Positions 49,585 to 62,447 of a stretch of DNA of 64,000 bases are shown here, piece by piece. This DNA comes from Octopus bimaculoides (lineage: Eukaryota): NCBI RefSeq assembly GCF_001194135.2, contig NC_068993.1, positions 20,826,551 through 20,890,550 on the forward strand, read 5' to 3'. The translations under genes and the position numbers were made by a program. The notes under the pieces were generated by a model. The model made no database searches. It worked only from the letters and a program-made list of their open reading frames with translations, and was not told the origin of the DNA. Numbering within the stretch: the stretch's first letter is position 1; each line of letters starts with the position of its first letter.

Positions 49585-50775
49585 TTTGTCTGTTTTCGTT
49601 AAAATGTCTACGAAAACTTCTATCGTGAGTTTGCTGCTAACATTGATTTGGTGTGCCTATTCATTTCATCACGCTTCGCTTTTTGTTCACTAAAAAACAC
49701 TAAAGGATATCTCCGACTTAGTATTTACCAGGTGTTGGTTCTTTTTCCCCAGCCAGTTTTGTTTGTAAGATCGTCTGACTCCCTGTTTATATATTTTGGG
49801 ACTTTATCTTTTATTTCTTTCTGTTTCATTCCATAATCGTCCAGAACACTCCTGTAGCTATGTATTTCGTTCTCCTTGTATTACTTTGTTATCTAAAAAT
49901 GCGATTCCCACAGACTTTACCTTATTTATTTTATTTTATCTATTTATTTATTTATTTATTTATTTATTTCATTTCTCTCAATGCCACACTGCCTGCTAGT
50001 TTCTCTGACGAAAGTTCTAACATTCTTTATCCTTTTCACTTTTTGGTGTAGGTCTGAGGGTATTTATGGACATTAAAACTTTATAAGATTTATACAGAAG
50101 GTACCTACGCTAGTGTTTTTATCTATTCACTACCAACAGAACCAGCTATTGAATCTTTTTTGGAAAATCATCTTTCTTCTCTTTTTCTTATCTTAACTTA
50201 AAAGAGTAGCTCTTGTTTGCATGTCAGCATTCCAACTAAACTCGCTGATACTTCAACAACGTCTCAACAACGTTCTCTATCCAACCAATGATGTCATTGT
50301 TTTAATCTTTCGTTTCGGTTCTATACGTTTCTAGCTCAAATGACGCTGAGGCCAATTTCATCCTTTCTGAGTTTATAACATAATGTCACGATCATGAGTC
50401 CAACACCCTACTAAGCCACGTGCCTCCACCGGCACTTTCTATATTAACAATAAACAACTGATAGATGTGTAGTTGCTCAAGTACTGGGAATTGATGGTTT
50501 CGACTAAATCCTGCCCTAAAATCTGTTGAGCTTGTGCCTAAATCAGAAGCAATTATTCACAACACTTTAGAATCTGTTGCAGAGAATCCTACCATGTGCT
50601 GACTTTTCGTTGGTCGATCTATTGTATCGCTAAGTTTTTCCTTTCTATCAATTCATTGTATCTCTTGATATCTTTGGTGGTCTTGCTGACTTACAATTTT
50701 ATCAAAATTTACATCTTACTATCTGTCACTTCTATTAGCACTAGTAAAAGTTCCTTCCCGACTCATATAGACTCG

Positions 50776-50972
50776 TAAGACCGGTTTCCCCGGCCTCCAT
50801 GGCGTATATATATTCCTCACCAGGACAGGACGCCGGTCCGTCGCAGGGTTACTCATGGAGCAACATGAAATAAAGTGTTTTGCTCAAGAACACAACACGT
50901 CGCCCGGCTAGGGAATCGAAACCATCATCTTATGATCATGAGTCCAACACCCTACTAAGCCACGTGCATCCA
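50776..50972 (-). mobile_element. SINE family C: CORE-like middle plus Meta/V-like tail
   Basis: Reverse: gtggcttagtagggtgttggactc...tttcgattccc; ttgtgttcttgagcaaaacactt; gtaaccctgcgacggaccggcgtcc...ggggaaaccgg. Confidence 0.8.
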
Positions 50973-51317
50973 CCGGCACCTTCTATATTAACAATAAACA
51001 ACTGATAGATGTGTAGTTGCTCGTTTCAGTTCCATTTATCTTGTCGTTTATATAAGTACAGTATTCCCTTACTTCTTCCGCTAAGCACCGAATGATATAT
51101 ATTAATTATATATATATATATTAAAAAGTTTAACTACATATTATTAAGGAAAATCGGTGTGTTATAGAAAGCATTAATGATGCTGATAGAATATAAAAAA
51201 TATGAAAAACAGAAATGACGAAGATCTGAAATGTAACATTAGAAATATTTAATTCGACCAAATATTTCGAGTTAAAACTCTATTTCAAAGATTTAAAGAA
51301 CAATATATGTATACCAT

Positions 51318-51352
<35 letters not shown>

Positions 51353-51794
51353 GGGGGGGGGAGAAAGAGAGAGAGAAGGAGATAGAGAGAGATTGTTTGT
51401 TTATTTTGTTGATGTTCCACACACTGGAGATATATTTACTTCACCATCGTGTCCTTTAAGGTTTTGAAAAGGATTCTAATTCGAAATAACAGGAGTAATT
51501 AGATATTTCAAAAGTAGCATTTCNNNNNNNNNNNNNNNNNNNNNNNNNNNNNNNNNNNNNNNNNNNNNNNNNNNNNNNNNNNNNNNNNNNNNNNNNNNNN
51601 NNNNNNNNNNNNNNNNNNNNNNNNNNNNNNNNNNNNNNNNNNNNNNNNNNNNNNNNNNNNNNNNNNNNNNNNNNNNNNNNNNNNNNNNNNNNNNNNNNNN
51701 NNNNNNNNNNNNNNNNNNNNNNNNNNNNNNNNNNNNNNNNNNNNNNNNNNNNNNNNNNNNNNNNNNNNNNNNNNNNNNNNNNNNNNNNNNNNNN

Positions 51795-52012
51795 GTTTGT
51801 GTGTGTGTGTTTGTCCCCCCAATATCGCTTGACAACCGATGCTGGTGTGTTTACGTCTCCGTAACTTAGCGGTTCGGCAAAAGGATCCGATAGAATAAGT
51901 ACTAGGCTTCCAAAGAATAAGTCCTGGGGTCCATTTGCTCGACTAAAGGCGGTGCTCCAGCATGGCCGCAGTCAAATGACTGAAACAAGTAAAAGAGTAA
52001 AAGAGTAAAAGA
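51795..52012 (+). mobile_element. SINE family A, 3' half emerging from a gap, close to the family consensus
   Basis: gtttgtccccccaatatcgcttgacaaccgatgctgg...gaaacaagtaaaagagtaaaagagtaaaaga. Confidence 0.92.
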
Positions 52013-52869
52013 TATATATATATATATATATATATATAGGGGGGGGGAGAAAGAGAGAGAGAAGGAGATAGAGAGAGATTGTTTGTTTATTTTGTTGATG
52101 TTCCACACACTGGAGATATATTTACTTCACCATCGTGTCCTTTAAGGTTTTGAAAAGGATTCTAATTCGAAATAACAGGAGTAATTAGATATTTCAAAAG
52201 TAGCATTTCAATGTTTTTGTTATTGTTAATGTTTACAACAAACCGATTTTCAACAAATCCCGCAATGCTTGAAACGAACTATAACACCCTTCCATACTAT
52301 TAAAGGGTTTAATCCGGAAGTTCATGTGAGCTTAAATCTTTCTAGTATCTTATTTGATTTTTAATTAGTTTTCCCTTTTATTAAGCAAATTTAACCTTTA
52401 CTCGGGTCGTTTTCACATTAATCAGGATTACTGTCTCCAATTTACACCCCTCTCGCGTTCCGGTTTGTTTACAAGAACGCATGATCAGTATATTTTTGTA
52501 CATTTTGATGTTCTATCGTATATTTCATTTCTCGATTTTTCTTCTTCGTCTCAAAATATTTTGTCTTAATTATATTTTTTGACCCGCTGTGCATATCCCT
52601 GTTTGCGATTTCGTGTCATTTTATTTACAACGCTCACTGGTTAATCGCAACACCAGCGTCTGCTTTGACACTGTTACTTTGTATATCACTGGCAGGAAAT
52701 GAACGGTCGAACGCCCATCATTAACAAGACCAAGAAAGGTCGAAATCACGTGACCTGGTTGCCTTGGCGCTGATGGTGGCGCGGTTTTTTCTCACCGCTA
52801 CCAATTTAAACAAGCGTGCATTTTGAAACAAAAGCCAATATGAAAGTTTCTCCTATGGTACCTACCACA

Positions 52870-53430
52870 GTATAGTTTGTTCCATCAGATAGCTGGCTTT
52901 TTAGTTTCTTGGTAGAATTGCAGACGAGACGGAAACGAGCACTGAGGATAACTTTCAAGAATCAAGGGTCAATCCTTTGGATTCATCCAAATCGATCGAT
53001 GCCTCGTCGAAATAAAATTTGTTAACCATCCGCTCTTCCATGTACAAACCACATCAGATAATCCAAATCGCATCTGGAGAAGGATGGTGTTGAATGTTTA
53101 CAATTTTGGCTAAATGGAAGAAGTATACACTTTGTATGCGAATCAAATGGGAATTTGATGAGGATCGTACACTTCTGCGCCATCCCAACGTCAACCACTA
53201 ATCTCTTCAGAGTCTTAAAGTCTGATTCTGCGTTGACCAGAAAAAATGTTGATGTCCTCGTTGTCTCCATTCTTCCTCAGCAGCAGTAGAACTCCCCCCT
53301 TAAACAGCTTAGAATACTTCGAGTTTACTGCCATTTGAAATAAATATATCTCAAGATGTGCGGAAGAACTTGTTTGGGAAGTGTTCATAGAACACGTAAC
53401 ATAGACCGTCAAACCAGGCAATTTGTCGCC
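52870..53430 (-). pseudogene. Possible decayed Gypsy-type pol (pre-RT to RT N-terminus)
   Basis: Weak matches: KYSKLFKGG (cf. KxPEVFxxGLG), LKRL, HHPSPDAIW (cf. YPLPxPExIF), IDLDESKGLTLDS (cf. VDEESxKLLTINT), SVSSAI (cf. GVKVAPAI). Confidence 0.3.
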
Positions 53431-53910
53431 TGGCTCAACTTGTGTACCTCTAACTATATATTATCTGCCGTGATGGGGTTCCCGCTACAATCCAATCTTT
53501 CTTTCGAATATTGTAGTAGATCAAACGTTTTCTTCTCCTTTTACTCCTCGTGGTCACGGCTTGTAAGTATCCAAACCACTTATTCTCTTCTGATTTCTCG
53601 AGAATTCGGAATCAAAATAGTTAAAGGAAATCGGAGAAAAAACTATTTGGGGCATGCGTGTGCGTACGTGTCACTTGAGTTAATATCGGTGTTATTCTTT
53701 TATAGCGAGCAGAGGACATCTCTTGGCTTTCTAACCCTTCGACCCTCATCTCACATGTATCGCGGCACTGGTTTGGATACCTGCTGTTGTTGTTATTGCA
53801 GCGGTTGCTATGGTGACGTTGCTATTGCTGTTGTTGGTATTGATGTTGTTGCTGTTATTGTTGCGACTTTTGTTCGACTTGCTGATGATTATGATGATGA
53901 TGGGGATGGG

Positions 53911-53990
53911 AAGGAGGAGGAGGAGGAGGAGGAGGAAGAAGAAGAAGAAGAAGAAGAAGAAGAAGAAGAAGAAGAAGAAGAAGAAGAAGA
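53911..53990. repeat. (GAG)n(GAA)n microsatellite preceded by (GCT/GTT/GAT)n
   Basis: Direct reading; source of the poly-E ORF 53356-54072. Confidence 0.95.
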
Positions 53991-54409
53991 ATTTGCAAAA
54001 ATACTGAGGGAAAAAGATAAGATAGAGGAACAGATCCAATGTAGAGTTTGGGGAAACAAGTTCTGTAGATAAAAATTTAGAGGGAAAGAGAGAGAGTGAG
54101 TGTGTGTGTGAGTGTATGTATGTGTAACAGAAAGAAAGAAAGAAAGAAAGAAAGGGTAAGGGAAGGGAGGGTGTGTGTATGTGTATATCTGTGTGTGCGT
54201 GTGGAAGAGAGAGAGAGAGAGAGAGAGAGAAAGTATGAGTGTGTGTGTATTTGTGTGTGAAAGAGTGTCTATATCTACCTGATAGAGAGGGGGAGGGAGA
54301 GATGGAGGAGAAGAAAGTGAGGAGAAGATATATATAAGAAGACTTGAATTAAGACAGAGGTAGTAAGGTAAGAAGTCAGAGTTTCGGTAAGGTAAGGAAG
54401 GGACGGTTA

Positions 54410-54590
54410 GCGTTAATCAACTGCAAGGGGTGTAAAGGATTCTTCAAAAGTAAGGAGTGTAAGGGATATTCAATAATAAGCGGTTGCAAGGCTTATTCAA
54501 CTGTGTGGGCTGCCAATGTTTATTCAGAAAAGTCAGGGTTAGTAAGCTTTATTCAATAGCAAGGAGGTGGTAACGGTTATTCAACTTCAA
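54410..54590. repeat. Degenerate ~28-bp minisatellite
   Basis: (t/a)tattca(a/g) recurs about every 28 bp with a preceding gtaagg/gcaagg-like motif. Confidence 0.5.
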
Positions 54591-54689
54591 TGTCTTCCTA
54601 AATTACTTGGTTGTTTTCTTTTCCTAACTATAAAAATAAGAACCCAATGACCATTATCAGCAATGGTTATATTAGCCCTTTTTACTATA

Positions 54690-55420
54690 GGCATAGGGCA
54701 TGAAATTTTGAAGTGGGGTGCTTGTCGCTTACATCGAGCCCAGTGCTTGACCCCGGAAGTATGAAATAATATTGGTTTCGAATTTTGGCACAAGGCCAGT
54801 AATTTCGGATGAGGATTTAAGGCGGTTACATCAACCCCCAGTGCTTAACTGGTACTAATTTCATCGACCCCGAAAAGATGAATGCAAACTCGACCTCGGC
54901 GGAATTTGAGCACCGAACGTAAAGACTGTCGAAATGTTGCTAAGCATTTTATATGTCAGCTCACCGCCTTCAGCGATGTTTATATGTAGAATGGTTTCAG
55001 ATTTTGGCACAAGGCCAGTAATTTCGGGAAGATGGTAAGTCGATTACTTCGATCACAGTGAAGAACTGGTACTTGTTTTTTCGACCCCCGAGAGGTTGAA
55101 AAGCAAAGTCGACCTCGGTGGAATTTGAACTCGGAACGGAAAGACGGACGAAATGCCGCTAAGCATTTTGTACGGTGTGCTAACGATTCTACCAGCTCGC
55201 TACCTTATTGATTATAGCAATAGTAAGGAGGGCTGATAGAAACGCGAGTGCATCGTACAAAAGACTGCGATATATGCTCCAGCGCTTTTTGTGTTCTGAG
55301 CTCAAAATCCTTCGAGTTCAACTTTGCCTTTCATCCTTCCGGAATATCGCAAGTCAAGTACTGGTATCGAATTAACTGACCAGCCTCTTCCACTAGGCTT
55401 GTGCTCTTCTGTCTATGTTA
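54690..55420. mobile_element. SINE B cluster: two minus copies (54690-54970, 54985-55203) and a divergent plus copy (55222-55420)
   Basis: Conserved ggcacaaggccagtaatttcgg, gtcgacctcgg and gacgaaatgccgctaagc blocks. Confidence 0.8.
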
Positions 55421-55461
55421 GAAACAATGTTAATGACAGAATCATCATCATCATCATTATT

Positions 55462-56012
55462 TTTCACTATTGAATGTTGGATGCATCCAGTTAACGGTTG
55501 GATCCATCGTGAACATCGCTCCACCGCAATCATTTGGCTAGGAAGGACAGGTTGTTTTCTTCTGCCTGTTGGGTTTGGCGAAAGAGGTCGTGAGGCGAAT
55601 GAACTGAAGACCGAGAGTGAAAGGACTGAGGTCTGACCCTTTCCTTTTCGGCCAAATTCTTAACATTTTAACATTCCATTTAAGATTAAAGCTAAAAATG
55701 GAAAAGGTAGTGCCGTAAATGTGTTTTAAATGTAGGTGACTGTGGCAATGTTGGCCTGGGTGAGTGAGCCAAATTTAAACTTGTACCTGTAGGATGAAGG
55801 CAATGGATGGGAGAAGAGCATCCCTTTGTGGTGCCTTAGTGGTCAGGATGATCCAGAGTGAGAGGGTTTCCTTGGCAACCACTTTGTTGTAACTAGTTCT
55901 CTTGTTGATTGTTATTGTTATATTGTTTACACATGTAAATGTAAATCCTCACTAGCCTTTGTTATTGTAATGTCTTAAATGTTATTTTGGCCTTTGTGAC
56001 TAACAAAGAAGG
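55462..56012 (+). mobile_element. 5'-truncated L1/Tx1-like LINE: ORF2 C-terminus plus 3' UTR
   Basis: One frame reads GSIVNIAPPQSFG*EGQVVFFCLLGLAKEVV...VKGLRSDPFLFGQILNILTFHLRLKLKME, followed by a T-rich UTR ending ...ctaacaaagaaggtattatt; the 5' flank is (ATC)n. Confidence 0.55.
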
Positions 56013-56034
56013 TATTATTAGTAATAGTTTTTTA

Positions 56035-56610
<576 letters not shown>

Positions 56611-56861
56611 AGAAAAAAATATTATTAGCGACAACAGCAGCAAGAGCAGCACTGGTAGTAGTAGTAGTAGTTGTTAATGTTTAAGCCTAAACTGAGGCCT
56701 GATCAGAAACTATCGAGCCGCAACAGTCTCGTGTTTTCAGACGTAATTGAGACTAAATGGTAATATGCTTATTGTTGCAAATGAAAATAATTAATTATGA
56801 TTATTTTTACAGTTAGGGGATTATTTTTACAGTTAGGGGATTTAAATAGAAGAACAGACCC

Positions 56862-57200
56862 CCCACTGCCAGAAACAACCTCACTTTCAATTTTCTTGCA
56901 AACTTTGAACTCCATACCCTTCTCAATTTATGCCTTGCGCTCCTGGCAAGAGCTTTCCTTACTACGATGTCTTTCTCAGTACTTTGTGTCCACGCACCAA
57001 AGTATTTGAAATTTTCAACTACACTGAGCGACTTTCTGTCTCTCACTTTCACTGACACAGGCATTTCGTGGTTGAATACTTGCAGCTCTGTTTTCTTTGC
57101 GTTATGGTACAGTCCTACAATCCCCGATTCTTTTGATACCACCTCATTGTTTTAATAATGTCTTTGGATAAGCAGAGTCTATCATATTCAGGGCCAATAT
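56862..57200 (-). pseudogene. RTE-like LINE reverse transcriptase C-terminal fragment
   Basis: SGIVGLYHNAKKTE...VENFKYFGAWTQSTEKDIVVRKALA...HKLRRVWSS...KLKVRLFLA (RT domains 6-7 plus the RTE-type thumb); the YADD motif is absent. Confidence 0.8.
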
Positions 57201-57635
57201 ATACACCGGCCTTCAAAATGTTGCTGGCCTTCTAAAAAGAATAATCAGTAGCGCAGGTAGGGAATAGTTGTGGTGAGAGTGTGGTCCGCTCCAGGTGAGG
57301 CTTTTATGGGGAAGGAGCACTGTAAGACCTGCTTTATAAGCTTGTAAAGGGGGCGGAGAGATGATGCAAACTCAAGGGCTTCCACAAGTTTCACTCACTA
57401 ACTACGTCACCGAAAATAATGTTCACATAAAATGAAAAAGTAAATTAATCCCCTCACACTCGTGCGCATGATCACACACACACGCGCACGCTTATTGCAT
57501 GTATATACATTCTGGGCATTTCATACATCAAATAACTAGTTCCCAATTCACACAGTCACGTGAGTCCTCCAATTTGTTCTTCCTGCCAAATTAAGTAAAA
57601 CGCCGTCATGCATACCTATACACTGTGTATAGGTA

Positions 57636-57830
57636 TGCTGGCAGCTGGCAGAACCGTTAGCACACCGTTCTGAGTTCAAATTCCGCCGAAGTCGACTTTA
57701 CCTTTCATCCTTTCGGGGTCGATTAAATACGTACCAGTTACGCACTGGGGTCGATATAATCGACTTGATCCGTTTGTCTGTCCTTGTTTGTCCCCTCTGT
57801 GTGTAGTCCCTTGTGGGTAGTAAAGAAATA
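57636..57830 (+). mobile_element. SINE family B
   Basis: gctggcagaaccgttagcac...gttctgagttcaaattccgccgaagtcgacttt...ttgtgggtagtaaagaaata. Confidence 0.9.
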
Positions 57831-58234
57831 ATACCTATACAATGTTTTCGCTTTGGGGATATCAAATACCTTTCAAACATATTTAGATGCTATAGATATT
57901 AAATAAGTTTCCGCTAATTAATATTTTCTTCTGTCAAATTTTGCCAAAAGATGTACCAAACGTGTCCTGCCTTTCATGGGAGCCACTGTGTTTCCGCCAC
58001 AGGAGAGGCCGATAAGTTCTTGAATACTTCCATACGCACATTGACTTTGCATCATTTTGCTGTCTTTTTACCTTCCGAGGACAATAAAATAGAAGCAGTC
58101 AGATACTTGTGACTTTCTAGAAAAATTTTCAGAGCATCGCTCGCAGCATTAATATAAACCTGAATCTATGGCGCAATTCCTAATAAATTCTCTATTCTTA
58201 CTGCTTACTTGTGAGTGTGCACCAAATTCTGTGT

Positions 58235-58520
<286 letters not shown>

Positions 58521-59919
58521 TATATACGTAACATACGTACCTGGCTACATATACACTCACCAATGATTTTATACCCAGACGCAAACATAATATGCATTTC
58601 TCAAGTAATATTATATATGAAATTCTGAATTATCTGGGGATCACGTGGGATTTCAAATGGCATTTTGAAAAATTAGACATTTATGTGTGCGCGTGCGTAC
58701 CGTGTGTGGGACTATGCATCTCTTCCTGTCCTTGCTTTTATGTATGTATGTATGTATGTATGTATGTATGTATGTATGTATGTATGTATGCATGCATTTT
58801 TGTAAGCGTGTTTTTGTCTAATTACCTGTCTTGTACTCACCAAAAATGTACGCAAACACATATATAAGGTAGTTTCAACATAAACCAGTGTTTCGGAATG
58901 TGTGTAGATATCTGAATGCCTACAGGTACACACAAAATTGCGCAAGCTTACTAATGTAGATTATTTTTATCAAGGGATTTAAGAACCAGCTGTTATTAAC
59001 CAAACTCTTGAACTGTAATATATCATATACAACCACAATTTCTGTGAAGCTGTGTCACTCTCCAAATATGTACTGAATACGTAGAATTAGATCTTGCAGA
59101 TATATAAAGTGACAGAGAATTATTTATGCGACAGGGAAACAATCTTTAAAATTTTGAACGGATGATAAGCGTAAGAGACTAGAACAAAACCGGAAATGAA
59201 AGAGAGAATATCACTGCAGGAAACTGAAAATGTGATACGATATACTCATACAAAATTAAGAAACGAAACGAATCTAGACTAGCAAAATATAGGTGTTAGT
59301 CAAAGTTTATATAGCACCTCACTTCAAACATGGCTGATAACGTGTATTCGTACCTGAAATATTACAGGTGAAGGTCTGATTAGGGGATTTTGTGAAAGAC
59401 TATCAAATGCCCAAGCATCTGCCTTCTTACTCCACGTCACTGATGATGGCCAAGGAAAAGATTAGACCAAAGCAGCTTAGTATCAATGTCATTGTGGACG
59501 TGGCCCACCATAATGCGAAGAACCAGAAAGGATACGGACACGTTAACAGCTCCATCAATCCATCGCCTTAGATTGGGATGAATTATCGACCCCGATGGGA
59601 TGAAAGGCAAAACTTACGAGGGCAGGGTTTTAACCCAGAGCACACAGTTGGAACAAATAACATTATGAAACGATGCGTTCTATCCAACGCGCAAACGACA
59701 CTGCCAACGTGTGTGCCTATGTGTGTGTCTGTTGTGTGAGTGCGTGCGTGTGTGTGAGTCTGCGCACGAATGTGTGTGTCTGTGCGCACACGTGTGTCTG
59801 AATCTGATTGCATATTATTATTGAAGGCAAACAGGATTATATTTCTAAACGACGGTTTCGTTAAATCTTTTGGTCATTTGGTCGACTGTCTACATCAGTG
59901 GATTGGATCGAGAAAGAAT

Positions 59920-60600
59920 TACTGATTATGGTAGAAATTGCATTCGCAAATTTCAATGTGATCTCATGGTTCTTAAAGTCAACGGTTAATAATTATGCAC
60001 CTAACGGGTCCTTTTAAAACATGAGAAATAAACTTGGCATGTTTTAGATCGCAAGTTTATTCGTTTCTTTTATTGGAACTGGAACTGCCTGGAACATAAT
60101 ATGAAGTCTTTCCAAACTTCGATCCATTTTTATATGCGGGTGCTCTATCTCTTTATTTCTAAATATGCTTTGAAAGTGCTGTAGTTTTATTTAGATGTTG
60201 ATGAAGCAATTACATGTTGTGATGATGCTGGTGACTTATGTACTAATGTTCTGTGAAACCAATATTGCTTGTTAATGTACTAGTAGTGGCGATATCATCA
60301 TGACATGCAATGACGTTTTTATGTCTTTATCGCTTAGGAGGCAGAGTTTTATATTTTGGCAATTTCATACCAGTTCCTCTCGTTATTAATTTTGCAAATG
60401 AAATTTGATAGAGAAACTTTAAATGTCTGCCTAATTCAGTTGAACTTTATGAATATTAATAAGATATGCAGCAGGAATTAGTGGTGAAATAGAAAAAAGA
60501 ATTATATTGATGCAGTCTCAGGATTTGATACATTTCATTCTACACGAAAATAAACATCACTTAGTTTAAAGTGACTACGTGGTCCTTTAAAGTCGACTGC
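59920..60600 (-). pseudogene. Possible decayed Helitron (PIF1-like helicase) fragment
   Basis: Weak: FKR/PVRCIIINR resembles FKRLQFPVRLAFAMTINK; upstream segments are only suggestive. Confidence 0.25.
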
Positions 60601-60979
60601 CATTGACAATGAACTGAGAACGTCAGTTTAAAGGGTTATGAAATATATTCTTGTATGTGTTGTCAGAACAAAGTTTGTTCGATTCACTTATTCAAGTTTA
60701 GGAGTAATGGTTAGTTTTAGGGCTGCACTTAAGATTAGGATCCTTTCGGATTGAACCTTCATGACATGATATGAAGCGGTGGCTGGGTGGAGGGAGCTCT
60801 CATTATAATTATATCATTATTTTCTACACGAATTTATCTAGGTTTCTATTTTATTAATAGCATCAGAATGTGCGGATATATTCCTTGTAGTGGAAAATCA
60901 TTTTCTTTTCAGCAAATCCTAAATGTCATTACGTATTACCTTCAATCACTCCCCATCTTTTAATTTTTGTGAAGTTTTT

Positions 60980-61385
60980 TACTTGTTTCTTTCATAAGAC
61001 TGCGGCCATGCCGTGGCACTGCTTTGAAGAATTCTTAGTCGAATGAATCAACCACAGTACTGTTTAAGCTTGGTACTTATTCTATCGGTCTCTTTAACCG
61101 AACCGCTCAGTTACGGGGACGTAAACCTACCAAGTGGTGGTGGGTGGACAAACACAGACACAAAGACACACAATCGATGCATATATACATACATACATAC
61201 ACACACACATATATGAATACGACGGGCATCTTCCAGTTTCTTTTTACCAAATTCAATCACAAGGCTTTGGTCAGGCCCAGGGCTACAGTAGAAGAACTAT
61301 AGTAGAAGGCGCCACGCAGTGAGACTGAACCCAGAATCATGTGGTTGGAAATCAAACTGCTGACTACACAACCACACCTGCGCCT
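60980..61385 (-). mobile_element. SINE family A, full length
   Basis: gactgcggccatgc...gaaccgctcagttacggggacgtaaac...gactacacaaccacacctgcgcct. Confidence 0.85.
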
Positions 61386-61719
61386 TTACAATCTCTTCCG
61401 ACAGTGTCTAGAGAGCCTCGAGTTGGAGGCATGACATATGTATGCTGTGTTGTTCTTGTGCAGCTCCAGTTAAGCTGTAATGGAAAAGACTTATGACTAA
61501 AGATAATTCAGTATATATTTAAGCACACGAGTTCATATGCCCGCCCAAGTATGCATCAATGTTTATGTTGTTACACGTAGCCTAGCGTTTTGACAACTAA
61601 GGGTAATAAACTAAAAGATACAGTGAAATAAGCATTGGAAACCCTGCTATTGCGTGCACACCTATATGATAGTGACTAAAACACAGTTTCAACAATGAAC
61701 CTCATTATGATTTTCAGAT

Positions 61720-62062
61720 ACTGGTTTCAAATTCTGGCACAAAGCAAGCGATTTCGGGGCAACGGGTAAGTTGATCACACCGACCCCAGTGTTCAAATGG
61801 TTCTTATTTTATCGACTGACAAGAATTTGAAATCAGGAGGTAAAGGCGGACGAAATGCCACTACGCATTTTGTCCGGCAGGCTAACGTGTCTGCCAACTC
61901 ACGGCCTTAATTGATTGACATATTTGCAATCACATATTGACGTAGAAGAATGAAAGACACAAACAATCTCGGCGGAATTTGAACTCAGAACGGAGAGACA
62001 GACGAAATGCTACTCCGCATTTTGACCGCCAAGCTATCAATTCAGCCAGCTCTACCGCCTTA
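61720..62062 (-). mobile_element. Two SINE B copies (61720-61908, 61950-62062)
   Basis: ggacgaaatgcc, ggcggaatttgaactcagaac. Confidence 0.75.
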
Positions 62063-62447
62063 AATGATTAACAAATATTGCAATTACTATGTCTGCTGTA
62101 GCTTGAATTTGATAATCACCAATTAATTTCATTAACTCGTTTTTGCCTCCTACTCTTTTTTTTCTTTGCATCTATATCTAATTTAAAGCTGCCGGGAAAT
62201 ATATATATGTGTATTACTATTATTTCTTATCCAGATGGTGGGTATGCCTGAAAGACTGCTTGGGGTTTGGTATGGCAGTAGAAAACTGGTGAAGGTACAA
62301 TTCTAGACGACCAGGAGGCGAAAAAGCTGGTGAGTTGATATTAGATAGAAACATACAAAGAAGGTGGGGATGGGCGAGTAGAAATAGATAGAGCAGAAGG
62401 AGTGAAGTTTATCAGAATTTATTACTTTCAGCTGATGTAATTATATA

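Noticed and set aside
51258-51290. GAGT-ttta-ACTC-GAAA stem on the minus strand
   Set aside because: The upstream core does not match CUGANGA and there is no stem I
53356-54072. 238-aa ORF with acidic tail
   Set aside because: The length comes from trinucleotide repeats and the N-terminal part has no domain
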